The notes beneath the pieces were generated by a model. It worked only from the letters and a program-made list of their open reading frames with translations. It had not been told where the DNA came from and searched no databases. A stretch of 64,000 bases of DNA from an uncultured Methanosarcinaceae archaeon. GTDB lineage: Archaea; Halobacteriota; Methanosarcinia; Methanosarcinales; Methanosarcinaceae. Both the position numbers and the translations under genes were made by a program. The stretch spans positions 128,001 through 192,000 of the forward strand of contig CAVTET010000005.1 in assembly GCA_963733675.1 (NCBI GenBank). Reading direction: 5' to 3'. Shown piece after piece: positions 46,491 through 56,898 of the stretch; position 1 is the first letter of the stretch; the number at the start of each line of letters is the position of its first letter.

Positions 46491-46618
46491 ATAAATTTAG
46501 CTTTGTAGAATCAAACGGATAATTTATTAAAATTATATATGAGTAATTTATCCATTCTACATACTTTAATATTTGAAAGAACTCATGTTGAAAAAGGAAT
46601 GCAAAGGATAAAGACACG

Positions 46619-47089
46619 ATGGAAAATTTTCGCACTGTGCAAAAAGGAAATTACCTCCTTATTGATTTCATCGGAAAGTTCGAGGATGGAACTGTATTCG
46701 ATACTACATCAAAAGAAAAAGCCATTGAAGCAGGGATATATGACCCAGAAAGGGAATATAAGCCTCTCTTTTTTAGGGCTGATGTTGGTCAGATAATAAA
46801 AGGTATTGATAAAGGAGTTCTAGGGATGAAAGAAGCTGAGGGAAAAACCCTTATAATCTCACCTGAAGAAGCCTATGGTGAATACAAGAAATATCTTGTT
46901 CAGGATGTCCCATTTGCAAAGCTTGAACTCCAGGCTCCCCCTGAAGTAGGGACAAAGATCATAACACCTGGAGGAAGGGAAGTTAAAGTACTCAATTCCA
47001 CAGAAATTTCTGCTACTTTGGACTTTAATCATGAACTTGCAGGTAAAACTCTTATCCTTGAAATAAAAATTTTATCGATTATAAGTTGA
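46619..47089 (+). CDS. FKBP-type (SlyD-like) peptidyl-prolyl isomerase
   Basis: DGTVFDT, GQIIKG, PEEAYG, LDFNHELAGKTL. Confidence 0.92.
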   Translation: MENFRTVQKGNYLLIDFIGKFEDGTVFDTTSKEKAIEAGIYDPEREYKPLFFRADVGQIIKGIDKGVLGMKEAEGKTLIISPEEAYGEYKKYLVQDVPFAKLELQAPPEVGTKIITPGGREVKVLNSTEISATLDFNHELAGKTLILEIKILSIIS

Positions 47090-47159
47090 TTCCTGAACCT
47101 ACAAAATAGAGATGATGAAATATGGAAAAGGAAAGAAAGGTATAGTGATATTACTATAG

Positions 47160-47604
47160 AGGCTTACGATTTATCTTTTATTTATTTCTCCGCTTGATTC
47201 CTGTCCAAATCTTTTTCGCCGATTTCTGTATTTTGACATCGTTTTTCCTTTATTGTCAATTATTCTTTGATTTTAAAAAAGTGTTTACCATCCTCAAAAT
47301 GCTTCTTTTAGTCCCAAAGTCATCAAATAATTGAGATTATGACAAAAATAGTGAATAATATCTTTAGATAGTTTTGATAAGCCTCTGATTCCCACAAATC
47401 ATTTGTATACCATTTATAAGCATATGACTAAATTGAAGGATATATTGAAATCCTCCATATACTCATTCTTTGGTAGTAATGACATGAACTTTCCATGCTT
47501 TGAATATTTTTTAGTTACTACATAAACTCGTTCCAATGTAGTTCTTTTTGAGCTTATTATCTTGTTTCATAATATTTCACTCATTTTCAAAGGATGTTAT
47601 TTTA
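47160..47604 (-). repeat. 445-bp near-identical inverted copy of 45274-45718 (IS5 right-end segment)
   Basis: Manual alignment shows about three mismatches. Confidence 0.92.
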
Positions 47605-47927
47605 CGATGTTAATAAAATCCCGATACTTCATGAAAAAAACAATATACTATTTTTTATATCCACGGTGTCTTGCATGCCATAGTTCTATTTTTATAGTAC
47701 AAAGGTAGCTTAAAATCGAAGTCAGTTAGAATAACGGTTATCTGGGAAGTTTCCATCCCGCAGCAAACTGAGGGGCATTCGCCTGAAAATAAATTTTTTG
47801 ATCTACGAAATTTCAAACAACCAAGCAAAAGTTATAAGTAGTAATTCGAGTATTAAACGTGTTGTTGGATAAGGTTGCCTCCTCAAAAAAGCCTTTCAAC
47901 ACTGATATTTTCAAAAAATTAGCAAAT

Positions 47928-48004
47928 GGGCCCGTAGCTTAGCTTGGTGGAGCGCACGGCTGATAACCGTGAGGTCCTGCGTTCGAATCGCAGCGGGCCC
48001 ACCA
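47928..48004 (+). tRNA. tRNA-Ile (anticodon GAT)
   Basis: GGGCCCG/CGGGCCC acceptor; CACGG-CTGATAA-CCGTG anticodon arm; GTTCGAATC; encoded ACCA. Confidence 0.96.
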
Positions 48005-48094
48005 TATTTTCTTTGAATCCTCATTTTTTCTCTCACTTGTATTTTTACAATCTCAAGTTTAAACAGAAAAATTTTTCTCAGATAATATATCCAT

Positions 48095-48345
48095 GATGAT
48101 TCAATTTACCTTTGATTTTTCCTTTATGTGATTCCTGTCCAAATATTTCTCGCTATTTCGGTATTTGACAAGATTTTTTTCCTGGTTCAGTATTCTTTGA
48201 TTTTAAAGATGGCTGCCGTTATCCTTAAAATACTCGTTTTATTTCCAATGTCATCAATAGATAGAGATTATAACAAAATGATACACAATATCTTCAGATT
48301 CATTCTTAAACTATTGAGGATCAATTTTAATCAATTATCAAGATA
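48095..48345 (-). mobile_element. Diverged third copy of the IS5 right-end segment
   Basis: TGATTCCTGTCCAAAT...TATTCTTTGATTTTAAA...GAGATTAT shared with 47190-47370. Confidence 0.65.
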
Positions 48346-48515
48346 AATGTAATTTTTAGTAATATCTATATGTGTTACTTATTATATAATTTGTATAACC
48401 ATCCCCTTGGAATGAAAGTTTACAAGAAATACTGAACTCCTGTATAAAATTATCCTGGAAAATAAAAAAGTTCATATTGGTTAAGAAAATCCCGTTTCCA
48501 AAAAATATGATAACT

Positions 48516-49255
48516 ATGGCAAAAAAAGAAAAGACAAGAGCAAAAGTCGGATTGGAGGATGAACTCTGAAAATCTGCAGATCTTCTAAGGAACAACACGG
48601 ATGCTGCAGAATACAAGCACTTTGTCCTCGGGCTAATTTTCTTATAATACATTTCAGCTTCTTTTGAAGAGTTTTACAAGACACTTGAAAATGACCCTTC
48701 GTGCGATTCCGACGATATAGATTAGTACATGGCTAAAAACGTCTTTGGGTTCCAAAAGATGTTAGATGGAAAGTTCTAATGGCTAAATTAAAAATTGTAG
48801 ATCTAAGTATCCTTATAGATAATGCTCTGGATTTAATTGAAACAGGAAACTGTTCCCCAATGGTTGGTGTGTTGGCAAAGAGCTACCGTGCCTGCAAGGA
48901 TTCTCTTGGCACAAAGCTTAGAGAACTTATGGATCGATAGATAATATCAAAGTAGGGAATGCCGAGAGTAAAAGTCAGGATGTGCTCGAGAGGATTTAAG
49001 AATGCTTCCTTGGTAAATTCGCAAATGCCGAGGGGAAGTGAGGTGGTCAGTTCTTTACCCAACGAAATATTTTCAGGGTTCTCGTTGAAATGATTGAGCT
49101 ATATAAAGGTAGAGTCTATGACCAATGCTGTGGTTCAGGTGATATGTTCGTACAAACAGAGCGCTTTATTGAGGAACCTGGCGGAAAGAAAGAAAATGTC
49201 TTATTTTTGTGGGCAGGAATCAAATCAGACTACAAGGAAACTTTGCAAGACATAT
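48516..49255 (+). pseudogene. hsdM: Type I restriction-modification methyltransferase subunit, degraded and truncated
   Basis: SADLLRNN.DAAEYKHFVLGLIFL, GQFFT, GRVYDQCCGSG.MFVQ, GQESNQTT; multiple stops. Confidence 0.85.
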
Positions 49256-49571
49256 AATATTGTTCACATTTTTTTCTCACTTTCTTCCCATTGTTTACTT
49301 CTAAATCACTTTTGATGAAAATCTTTTTGTACTTGGCAATGGATGCATTTTGCTCATTTTATGAAGTGTCGATTTTTGCGGTGGGTACTATAAACGCATT
49401 ATTAAGGAAACTGAAGAAAGCACCATCCAGATTTTGACTTCCTAAACGAAAACTTAATTGTAAATATGCGCTTCTGAAATCCTTTTACTACTTTTATCTT
49501 ACAAGCAGATCTCACATAAGCTTCTTTTGAGAATACTTCTGAAGATTAAACACTTAAATGTTTTTTGACTT

Positions 49572-50366
49572 TTAAACCTTGCTCTCTGTTCGGCCTTTAA
49601 TAATGTTGCCAAAGTACATACAGCCTTCCATTGAAATCTTTGGCATTTCTGGAGACTCATCTACCATGTTGACCTGAGAGCCCCTGATAAGTACACAGGG
49701 TATCCTTTCTCCAGCCTCACCCATCAGAAGTTCCGCAGCAGAAACAAGGTTATCTGCCACTGCTTTATGTGTAACAATGAGAGGTTTTCCATAGATATCA
49801 CAAGTTCCCCTTGCATCCTCTACAGGTAGAAATCCTGAAACTCCAAGCGCAATTCCTGTGCATCCAAGTCTGAGGGGCTGAGTTCTGCTGTCCCCGATAA
49901 TAACTCCAAGCCTACAAGAATAACGCTGTTCAAGCCGTTTTCGGATATATCCCGAACTTTTTTGTGGGTCCTCTGGGAGCAAGACGACACGCCCTTCAGG
50001 AGCATTGGATGCATCGATTCCTGCATTTGGGGCCAGAACACCTTTTGTAATTGTAAGTACAGCTCCAGGCACACCCCCTAAAATCTCATCACATTCCTTA
50101 GTCACAAGTTCCATTTCTCTGGGATCGATTCCGTACTTTTTCCCAAGTATTTGTGCCTTTTCTCCTGGAACAATGCTTGCAAGCTCAATAACTCTCTTTT
50201 CCGCCGTTCCAACTGCAGATTCAGCCAGTACGAAAATATCTCCTTCAACTGGAACAACGCATGCCTCCTCAAGCGAAATTTCCAAAATTCGCACGATGTC
50301 ATCCCCTTCCTTGATAATGGGGGTCTGAATCCCGAACATCTGAATATAGTTCTTTCCTGAATTCAT
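49572..50366 (-). CDS. cofE: Coenzyme F420:L-glutamate ligase family protein
   Basis: PIIKEGDD, PNAGIDASN, LLPEDP, IGDSR..PLR.G, LMGEAGE..P. Confidence 0.85.
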   Translation of the reverse strand: MNSGKNYIQMFGIQTPIIKEGDDIVRILEISLEEACVVPVEGDIFVLAESAVGTAEKRVIELASIVPGEKAQILGKKYGIDPREMELVTKECDEILGGVPGAVLTITKGVLAPNAGIDASNAPEGRVVLLPEDPQKSSGYIRKRLEQRYSCRLGVIIGDSRTQPLRLGCTGIALGVSGFLPVEDARGTCDIYGKPLIVTHKAVADNLVSAAELLMGEAGERIPCVLIRGSQVNMVDESPEMPKISMEGCMYFGNIIKGRTESKV

Positions 50367-50896
50367 ATTTTGATGCCTTTGAATGATGATAATTAGCTTT
50401 AGTTTCCTAAGCCAAACGAATATATATAGGACTCAAACCTTAAAATACTGGTAGATATTGATAAATGTATCTAGAGATTCCATAAAATGAAATAAATTCC
50501 ACATCCTGCAGTTAAGCATAAATAGAGAAAATATTTATACGAATTTTCCCTGAGACCCAATATCGTGTATTCAATATTCCATTTTCGTTTCTGTATATAG
50601 GCCTCACAGTAAAAATAAGTACTTCAAAAATTTAGAATAATGAATTTATCATCAAGTACATGCATCTATTAACTAATCACAACTTCAAATTTGAAAGAAA
50701 GGACATAAACAGGAAAAGCGGAAAGAAAAATACAATCTCCTACTACACTTTATTTCTACCGTGCTTTGCCTGGTTATACAGCGCCAAGTAACTTCAGTAT
50801 GAATATTTACATTTAAAATTATATTTTTTTTAAAATGGAATCAATTCGTGAGTTTACTGTAGATAATTTCTATAAGCATTTAGCCATTTGAGAATT

Positions 50897-51020
50897 GAGG
50901 ATTTTAACTCTCTTCGAATTAATTTTTACTTATGGAACCTCTTACTGATTCGCTCTTAAAAAAGGATACAAGTTCCTTCAGTTAGTTGAAGACAACCTTA
51001 CTAAAATTAATTCACCTACC
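50897..51020 (+). mobile_element. IS5-family 5' fragment
   Basis: ATGGAACCTCTTACTGATT..GCTCTTAAA matches the start of the 44557 element. Confidence 0.6.
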
Positions 51021-51209
51021 AATGCGATCTACCCAATGGATGGGTGTGTATTTCCCAAAGATCTACGGACGAAGATACTGTAATGGAGTAGTGTGTCAGA
51101 TAAGGTGAGTTAAGTAGTAGAGGTGTATTAATTATCTCGGTTTTAAGTAATGTACTCTTCTCTATAGATTAGTAAAACAGGCATAACCACAATCATCTAT
51201 AATAAAAGA

Positions 51210-51499
51210 ACTCGTAAAAATAAGAGATTTATCAAATTGCTCTATAAATAATTATAGGGTTTTATTGTCTAAAAGAAATTTTGTACGATAATTCACACAA
51301 AAAAACCACATGATATCTTATTTTATAGACCAAATGGTACGGATTACATAGTTACATTTTATGGTGCAAAGGGAGCTCAAAATATAGTCCAGTTAGTTAA
51401 TCAGGTTCGTGGGGAATTTCTTTCCCTGAGCAAAAACTGCAGGGTATTCGACTAAAATAAAACATTAGAGTAATTCAATAAACCCTTATTTTTACGAGT
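51210..51499. mobile_element. 290-bp MITE-like element with ~36-bp imperfect terminal inverted repeats
   Basis: ACTCGTAAAAATAAG...AATTGCTCTA versus TAGAGTAATT...CTTATTTTTACGAGT; the outer 15 bp are perfect. Confidence 0.65.
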
Positions 51500-52078
51500 A
51501 TTTATATGTCATTTATTTGCATATGACGAAATTTAAGGATTTCTCGAAATCCTGATTATATTAAGGGATCGTAGAAAAAGCAAAAGCAAAGTTAAATTCA
51601 TCTAGATTAAAGAACACTGGTGAAATTAAATTATTATCTGTCTTAATTTTGACAAATCTAGTGTGCAGCCAGAAGGATATCTAATATTTTAGGGTGAACT
51701 GGGCAAGATCAACTTGATTCCTATAAAATAAATTTAGGTCATATCCTTAAGTCATTGACCAATTCCCAAAAAACAAGTAAATCTTCCGAATTTGAGAAAA
51801 TATAAAGATAGTCCTGAGCTCAGGTTTTTTGATAAGTTACAGAAAAGACCGAAATTTATAACAAATTTTTTCCAAAATGTATCATTCTTTGTATTGTATT
51901 CACTTAATCGGACAGCATGTCTAATTTTCTGAAAAATCACAAATTTCAATAATTTATTTAGTAGAATAATTCCATATCCTAAGAAATCAATTACACACAG
52001 TACATAAAAATTCGATACAAAATTCACAGCAAATTCGTGATATTAAACTGAATTGCAATTATAAGAAATAGAGGAGGT

Positions 52079-53035
52079 TCAGGAGACTCCCTGTCTTTTT
52101 GCTGCCTCAAGCTTTCTGAGGTCTTCGCATTTTTCTCCATATTTTCTTATCTTCAGTAAATTTATGATTGTTGAGACTCTATGTGAGTGCTCCTGTTCTT
52201 TTTCGGCTTTTCGAGCCTGATAAACCCTAATAGACCTAAGAAGGTCTATTTTTCTGAATTCGGGCCAGAAAGGGACGCAAAAGTATGCTGCACATTCGCT
52301 TCCGTTAGCCTGCCAAGAAAGAAAATTAGAAACTCTCTCATCGCCACCCGTACGGATTATCAGGTCCACATTCGGAACTGAGAATCCAGGAGAAGGATAT
52401 AGGTGTTTTGAAATGAGATTTTCATTAACTTCTTCAAGAGAAAGCTTCCCACTGGAAACACAACTTGCAATATCCTGGACTGCCTGAATAATATCTTGTC
52501 GACCTCCGTAGGCAATTGCCACGTTTAGATGAAATTTATTACAATGTTCCGTAGCTTTTTCTAGCTTTTCAATTGAATTATTTAGAAAATCAGGCAATTT
52601 TGATCTATCACCTATGATACGGACCCGAATCTTTTTTTCATACGTACTTGGGTCGGAATAAAGTTTCAAAAATTTTTCGTTGATAAGATTAAATAAGCCA
52701 TCCACCTCATCTTCAGGACGCTGGAAATTTTCCGTGGAGAGAGCATAAAGAGTAAGCTGTTTTACCTTTATATCATAGCACCAATCAATAACCTTTTCAC
52801 TAACTTTTGCCCCCATTGAGTGCCCAAAACTTCGACTTTGCCCCATATTTCCTGCATATCTGCGATTACCATCCATAATAACGGCTATGTGATGAGGGAT
52901 TTCATAATTTTGAATATTTTTTTCGAGCCTACTTTCGTATCGTTTATAAGATGCACTAAATATATGGTTTTTCAAGAAGCGAAATCCTGGCCAGAAAGCC
53001 CCTTTAGGGTATAAATTAATTTTCGACCTTGCCAC
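52079..53035 (-). CDS. uppS: cis-Polyprenyl diphosphate synthase
   Basis: [41 protein letters not shown]. Confidence 0.93.
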   Translation of the reverse strand: MARSKINLYPKGAFWPGFRFLKNHIFSASYKRYESRLEKNIQNYEIPHHIAVIMDGNRRYAGNMGQSRSFGHSMGAKVSEKVIDWCYDIKVKQLTLYALSTENFQRPEDEVDGLFNLINEKFLKLYSDPSTYEKKIRVRIIGDRSKLPDFLNNSIEKLEKATEHCNKFHLNVAIAYGGRQDIIQAVQDIASCVSSGKLSLEEVNENLISKHLYPSPGFSVPNVDLIIRTGGDERVSNFLSWQANGSECAAYFCVPFWPEFRKIDLLRSIRVYQARKAEKEQEHSHRVSTIINLLKIRKYGEKCEDLRKLEAAKRQGVS

Positions 53036-53099
53036 TGTGCCTCCTTCTAAATATAGGCTGAGAGTACAATATAATTTGTATCTTTTTATGATATATCTC

Positions 53100-53204
53100 T
53101 TGTGTCTGCCAACTATTATTCATTGAAAGTGAATAAATTTTAAATTTATTTTCATCTTGAGAAAATAGATGGCCTTCTTGTGTACATCTGTAGAAAGTGG
53201 GTTT
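53100..53204. repeat. ~150-bp dispersed repeat/MITE, copy D (partial)
   Basis: CTATTATTCATTGAAAG...TTGAGAAAATAGATGGCCTTCTTGTGTACATCTGTAGAAAGTGGGTTTA. Confidence 0.75.
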
Positions 53205-54796
53205 AATGGCATCGTAAATTGTACCGTTACCAAAAGTTCAAGTATGATCTATGCTACTCCAGAAAACATACTGTAGGGGCTGAGATTAAGTCATTTTTTG
53301 TGCCACAAGCAACGAAGGCTATAAGACCTTCACTTGCTCATTATTATTTAAATATGTCACAAGCAAGACAATTACTTTCATTCCCATGTTTGAAGATGTC
53401 AGCGGTGTTTAATACCACCTGTAGACCAAGTATTCGCTTGTATCCACGATATTTATCCTTAAACTCTTCAACTATTTTTGGGATTATTTCTAAAATGAAA
53501 TTGTATCCCAATCTTGCAGAGTTGATTACGTGTTTTGCCATCAAATTATTGTATATACTAGTATTCCACCATGTTAAGTAACTAAATAGTGATATCTTAG
53601 TATATATATCTTATCTCCCTATACTATCTATTCAGTTTACATCTCTATATACTAATCTCTTCGGTAATAAGTTATGAATATCTATAAATAAAATAGGTAT
53701 CATTTTATCATTACCTATATTTTGAGTTATGGGGGGATATTTAATTAAAGACGGACAAAACATAGGGCTGGCTATCCCAAATAATGTTATAAGCCAAAAT
53801 CCTACTATATACACAATAAAATTGGATGTTTACGACAGATCTGGTAAGAAATTAATAGAAGGAGTTATGCCGGTAAATTCAGTCCATGGCCTGGCAATAA
53901 TAACTATAACATATGGAGGTCCTTAAAAATCAGACTAAAATATGTAAATAATTATGGATGATTTCAATTTCCATATAATTTTTTAATGAAATATAACTGA
54001 CATAAATCTAATTGAATACTTTTGTAACTTTTTAGAAATTCATGGGTAAAAATATCTAATTTTTCGATGTTACTAGGTTTTAGTTTTATGATCATTCCGG
54101 TGGGATCAGTCTATAATTGCAGAAAGTAGTGTAGGCAAAAAAGGTAAAAATGCAGGGGGCTGCAATAACTCCCTTTTTAATTATTGAATTCATCCAAAGC
54201 TTGACTAATATTATTTTTCCTTTATACATTACCCGGGTGTAGACAATTAAATCAAAAATGAACGATTATAGGGCTATTTAGGACATTTTCTTTAGTCTAA
54301 TAGGGATCTCTGAAATAATTAATGAAATCAGGCCTATGTAATGTTAATCCTAATTAGTTTAAGTTAGTATTATAGATCCTCTGAAAGATATATTTAATTA
54401 AATATAATTATGGTTTATATATTTACACGTATCTTCAAGTAGACCTTTGATCGAGCTGTAGGTATATCCCCCTGCAGCTCAATAGATCCATTCTTTGACA
54501 TATAAGATCAGCCGGATCACCTAAACTAATATAAAAAAGTTAAATTTGGTCTTTAAATCAATAATATTAGTTTTTGCAATCCTGTCAAGTTTGGTAGAAG
54601 CATAATTTTTGGCTGAAGATTTAATTTTAGAACCGGATTTTGATTTTATTACCAGCAGGATTATCAGCTGCCAGGATCACTTTATTAATTTGAAAGGACA
54701 ATATTGAAGCATCTTGAGCTAAAAAGCCATGTCTTCAATTCTGTAACTCCGGATTATCTAAATATTGTCAAAAAAATGAAATGAGAATTGCTCATC

Positions 54797-55105
54797 TCAC
54801 TGATGACCATATTCAATTTTCTTACCAACTAATTCTCCTTGAGAATTATACAAATATGCTGTATCTCCAGTGTTATTCCACATAAATGAGTACTTACCCA
54901 ATATAATGTATCTGCGGTATCTACCACTCCCGCTCCTAAGAGTTACTGTGGACTTAGGTTTTAATATGTAATTCGGGGAAAAGTAGGTGTGCTTTTCACC
55001 TTCATCTTTGATCTTCCAATCTTTCATATTTACTGCTTCATTCTCATAATTTGCATTTTTAACATATTCTTGATTTGGTATTTCATGTGGAGCTCCAACA
55101 TACAA
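54797..55105 (-). pseudogene. Lamin-tail domain fragment
   Basis: EYV..N...AVNMKDWKIKD...VTL.SG.G...MWNNTGDTAYLYN..G. Confidence 0.65.
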
Positions 55106-55541
55106 TTCAGCGATCGAGATTGGATTGGCGCCAATTATATGTGCATTATTGCCTACATATAGAGCAATAGCTCCTGAGTCATACTCATGATCAAAATTAT
55201 TATCGCAATAATATCCAAATTATTTTTAAAAACTTTAGGTATCATTTTCTAACTTCAATATTTTAAACATATAAAATATATTTTGTCATACCAAATGGAT
55301 AAAATGAAGCAAATAATGTTACTAAGCATTTTTGATATAAGCTCTTTTTTTGGTGAATTTTTAATTGTGACTTAGTTAGGTTCTTCTGATGTGAGATTTT
55401 AGATGGTTAGGATAACTTGTTAGAATTTATGCAATTGATACACAAAATTAAACGAAGTAAGCTATATGGTAGCTTTTTTCTAAGTTCATCTCCGGAGCTT
55501 CCAGATTTTGGCTAATGTAATCCACAATATTATAAGAAAGA

Positions 55542-55737
55542 AAATTACACAAATTATACATTTCATAGGCGAAAATTATATTCTATTTTAAAAGAAATAA
55601 ATATGCTGAGACATTAAAAAAGTGGAAATTACACAAATTACACATTTCAGAAATAACATATATTTCCCATATCGAAACTAGAACTAAGATTTTGCATTTA
55701 TATGTATTAGTTTTAATTTGTGTAATTTGTGTAATTT
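55542..55737. repeat. Array of AAATTACAC units: two direct 24-mers 84 bp apart plus one inverted copy
   Basis: 55542 AAATTACACAAATTATACATTTCA; 55626 AAATTACACAAATTACACATTTCA; 55714 TAATTTGTGTAATTTGTGTAATTT. Confidence 0.8.
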
Positions 55738-56052
55738 TTGAGTTAATTTAACTCAATAGATATTGAAAAAAGTTAAAAGTTACTTTTGATCAAATAGAAC
55801 TTGGAATATTTTTGATCTGAGTTCTAACAACAAGGTTTATAGTTTTAAGTCATTCAAAACAAACACACCAATATTGAGTGATATATGACGAATTTTCGGT
55901 ATAAATATTATGCAAAATTGGGCAGAAATATAGTGTGATATAAACTTATATAATCAAAAATAATTATATATATTTTTCAAATAAAATCAAAGTATTTGTC
56001 ATAACTTATAAAACCAAAGGGATAGATTCATGCATATGACAATATACAAACC

Positions 56053-56898
56053 TTAAAAATAAACAGATTTCCTTATAGATTGTCTTCGCTGGTAAAAGAG
56101 ATATTGTTGAGCATATCCACAATATTGTCCAAAATATTCCCTTCCCCAATCCCCCATTTTGCTGAGGCTAGAGTAATTCTTAAAGAATTTGTTATATATG
56201 TGATCCTGCTGAATGACCTGCCTGATGTGAGTATCTACCGGAAAGCTTTCCATTTCCTCGAAACCGAATAGAAGAACACAGTCAGCTACTTTTTCCCCTA
56301 TACCTTGAAGCCTCATAAGGCGATCTCTACTATACCTGTATTCTAGACGAGAAAGTGCATCTAGATCAAGCTCTCCTGAACACACTTCTCGAGCTGCATC
56401 TTTAATGCGCTCGGTTCTGAAACCCAGTTTACATTTACCAAGCACAGAAAGGTCAGCATTTGCAAGGGTTTGTGGGTCTGGAAAACTGAAATATCCTTCT
56501 TCGATTTCCTGCCCAAAGAAGTAGCTAAGTAGATTAATCCTTTTCTGGATCATAGGAATGTTTGAAGCTGTAGCAAGCATATAAGATATCAGGCATTCCC
56601 AGGGATCCTGCCTGATCAATCTCAATCCTCTGTATTTCATGATTGCCTTGTTTATCAGAAGGTCCTTGTCTATGCTTTTGTAGATTGAAAGTAGGTCGTC
56701 GTCGAGACGGAAATAATTTACAAAAAATTTAGGAGAAAGTTTTGAATCGACAATCAGTTTTCCATCGTCCTGAGAAATCCTAATAACATGATCCCCTAAA
56801 ATTCCTGTCCACCAGTCTCCATCTCGTTCCCAGCGAAAAACTTGTCCGCAGTCAAGAGTATAGTTCAGGTCAAAAATTTTAGGCTTAAGCCTGTACAT
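56053..56898 (-). CDS. 8-oxoguanine DNA glycosylase (OGG1-like HhH-GPD)
   Basis: TLDCGQVFRW, RQDPWECLIS, GIGEKVADCVLLF, FPVDTH. Confidence 0.9.
   Translation of the reverse strand: MYRLKPKIFDLNYTLDCGQVFRWERDGDWWTGILGDHVIRISQDDGKLIVDSKLSPKFFVNYFRLDDDLLSIYKSIDKDLLINKAIMKYRGLRLIRQDPWECLISYMLATASNIPMIQKRINLLSYFFGQEIEEGYFSFPDPQTLANADLSVLGKCKLGFRTERIKDAAREVCSGELDLDALSRLEYRYSRDRLMRLQGIGEKVADCVLLFGFEEMESFPVDTHIRQVIQQDHIYNKFFKNYSSLSKMGDWGREYFGQYCGYAQQYLFYQRRQSIRKSVYF

Noticed and set aside
54430-54505. Minus-strand KNGSIELQGD resembling SUI1/YciH, overlapping a GAGCTGTAGG/CCTGCAGCTC hairpin
   Set aside because: Only a 10-residue match with no flanking similarity, so it could be chance.
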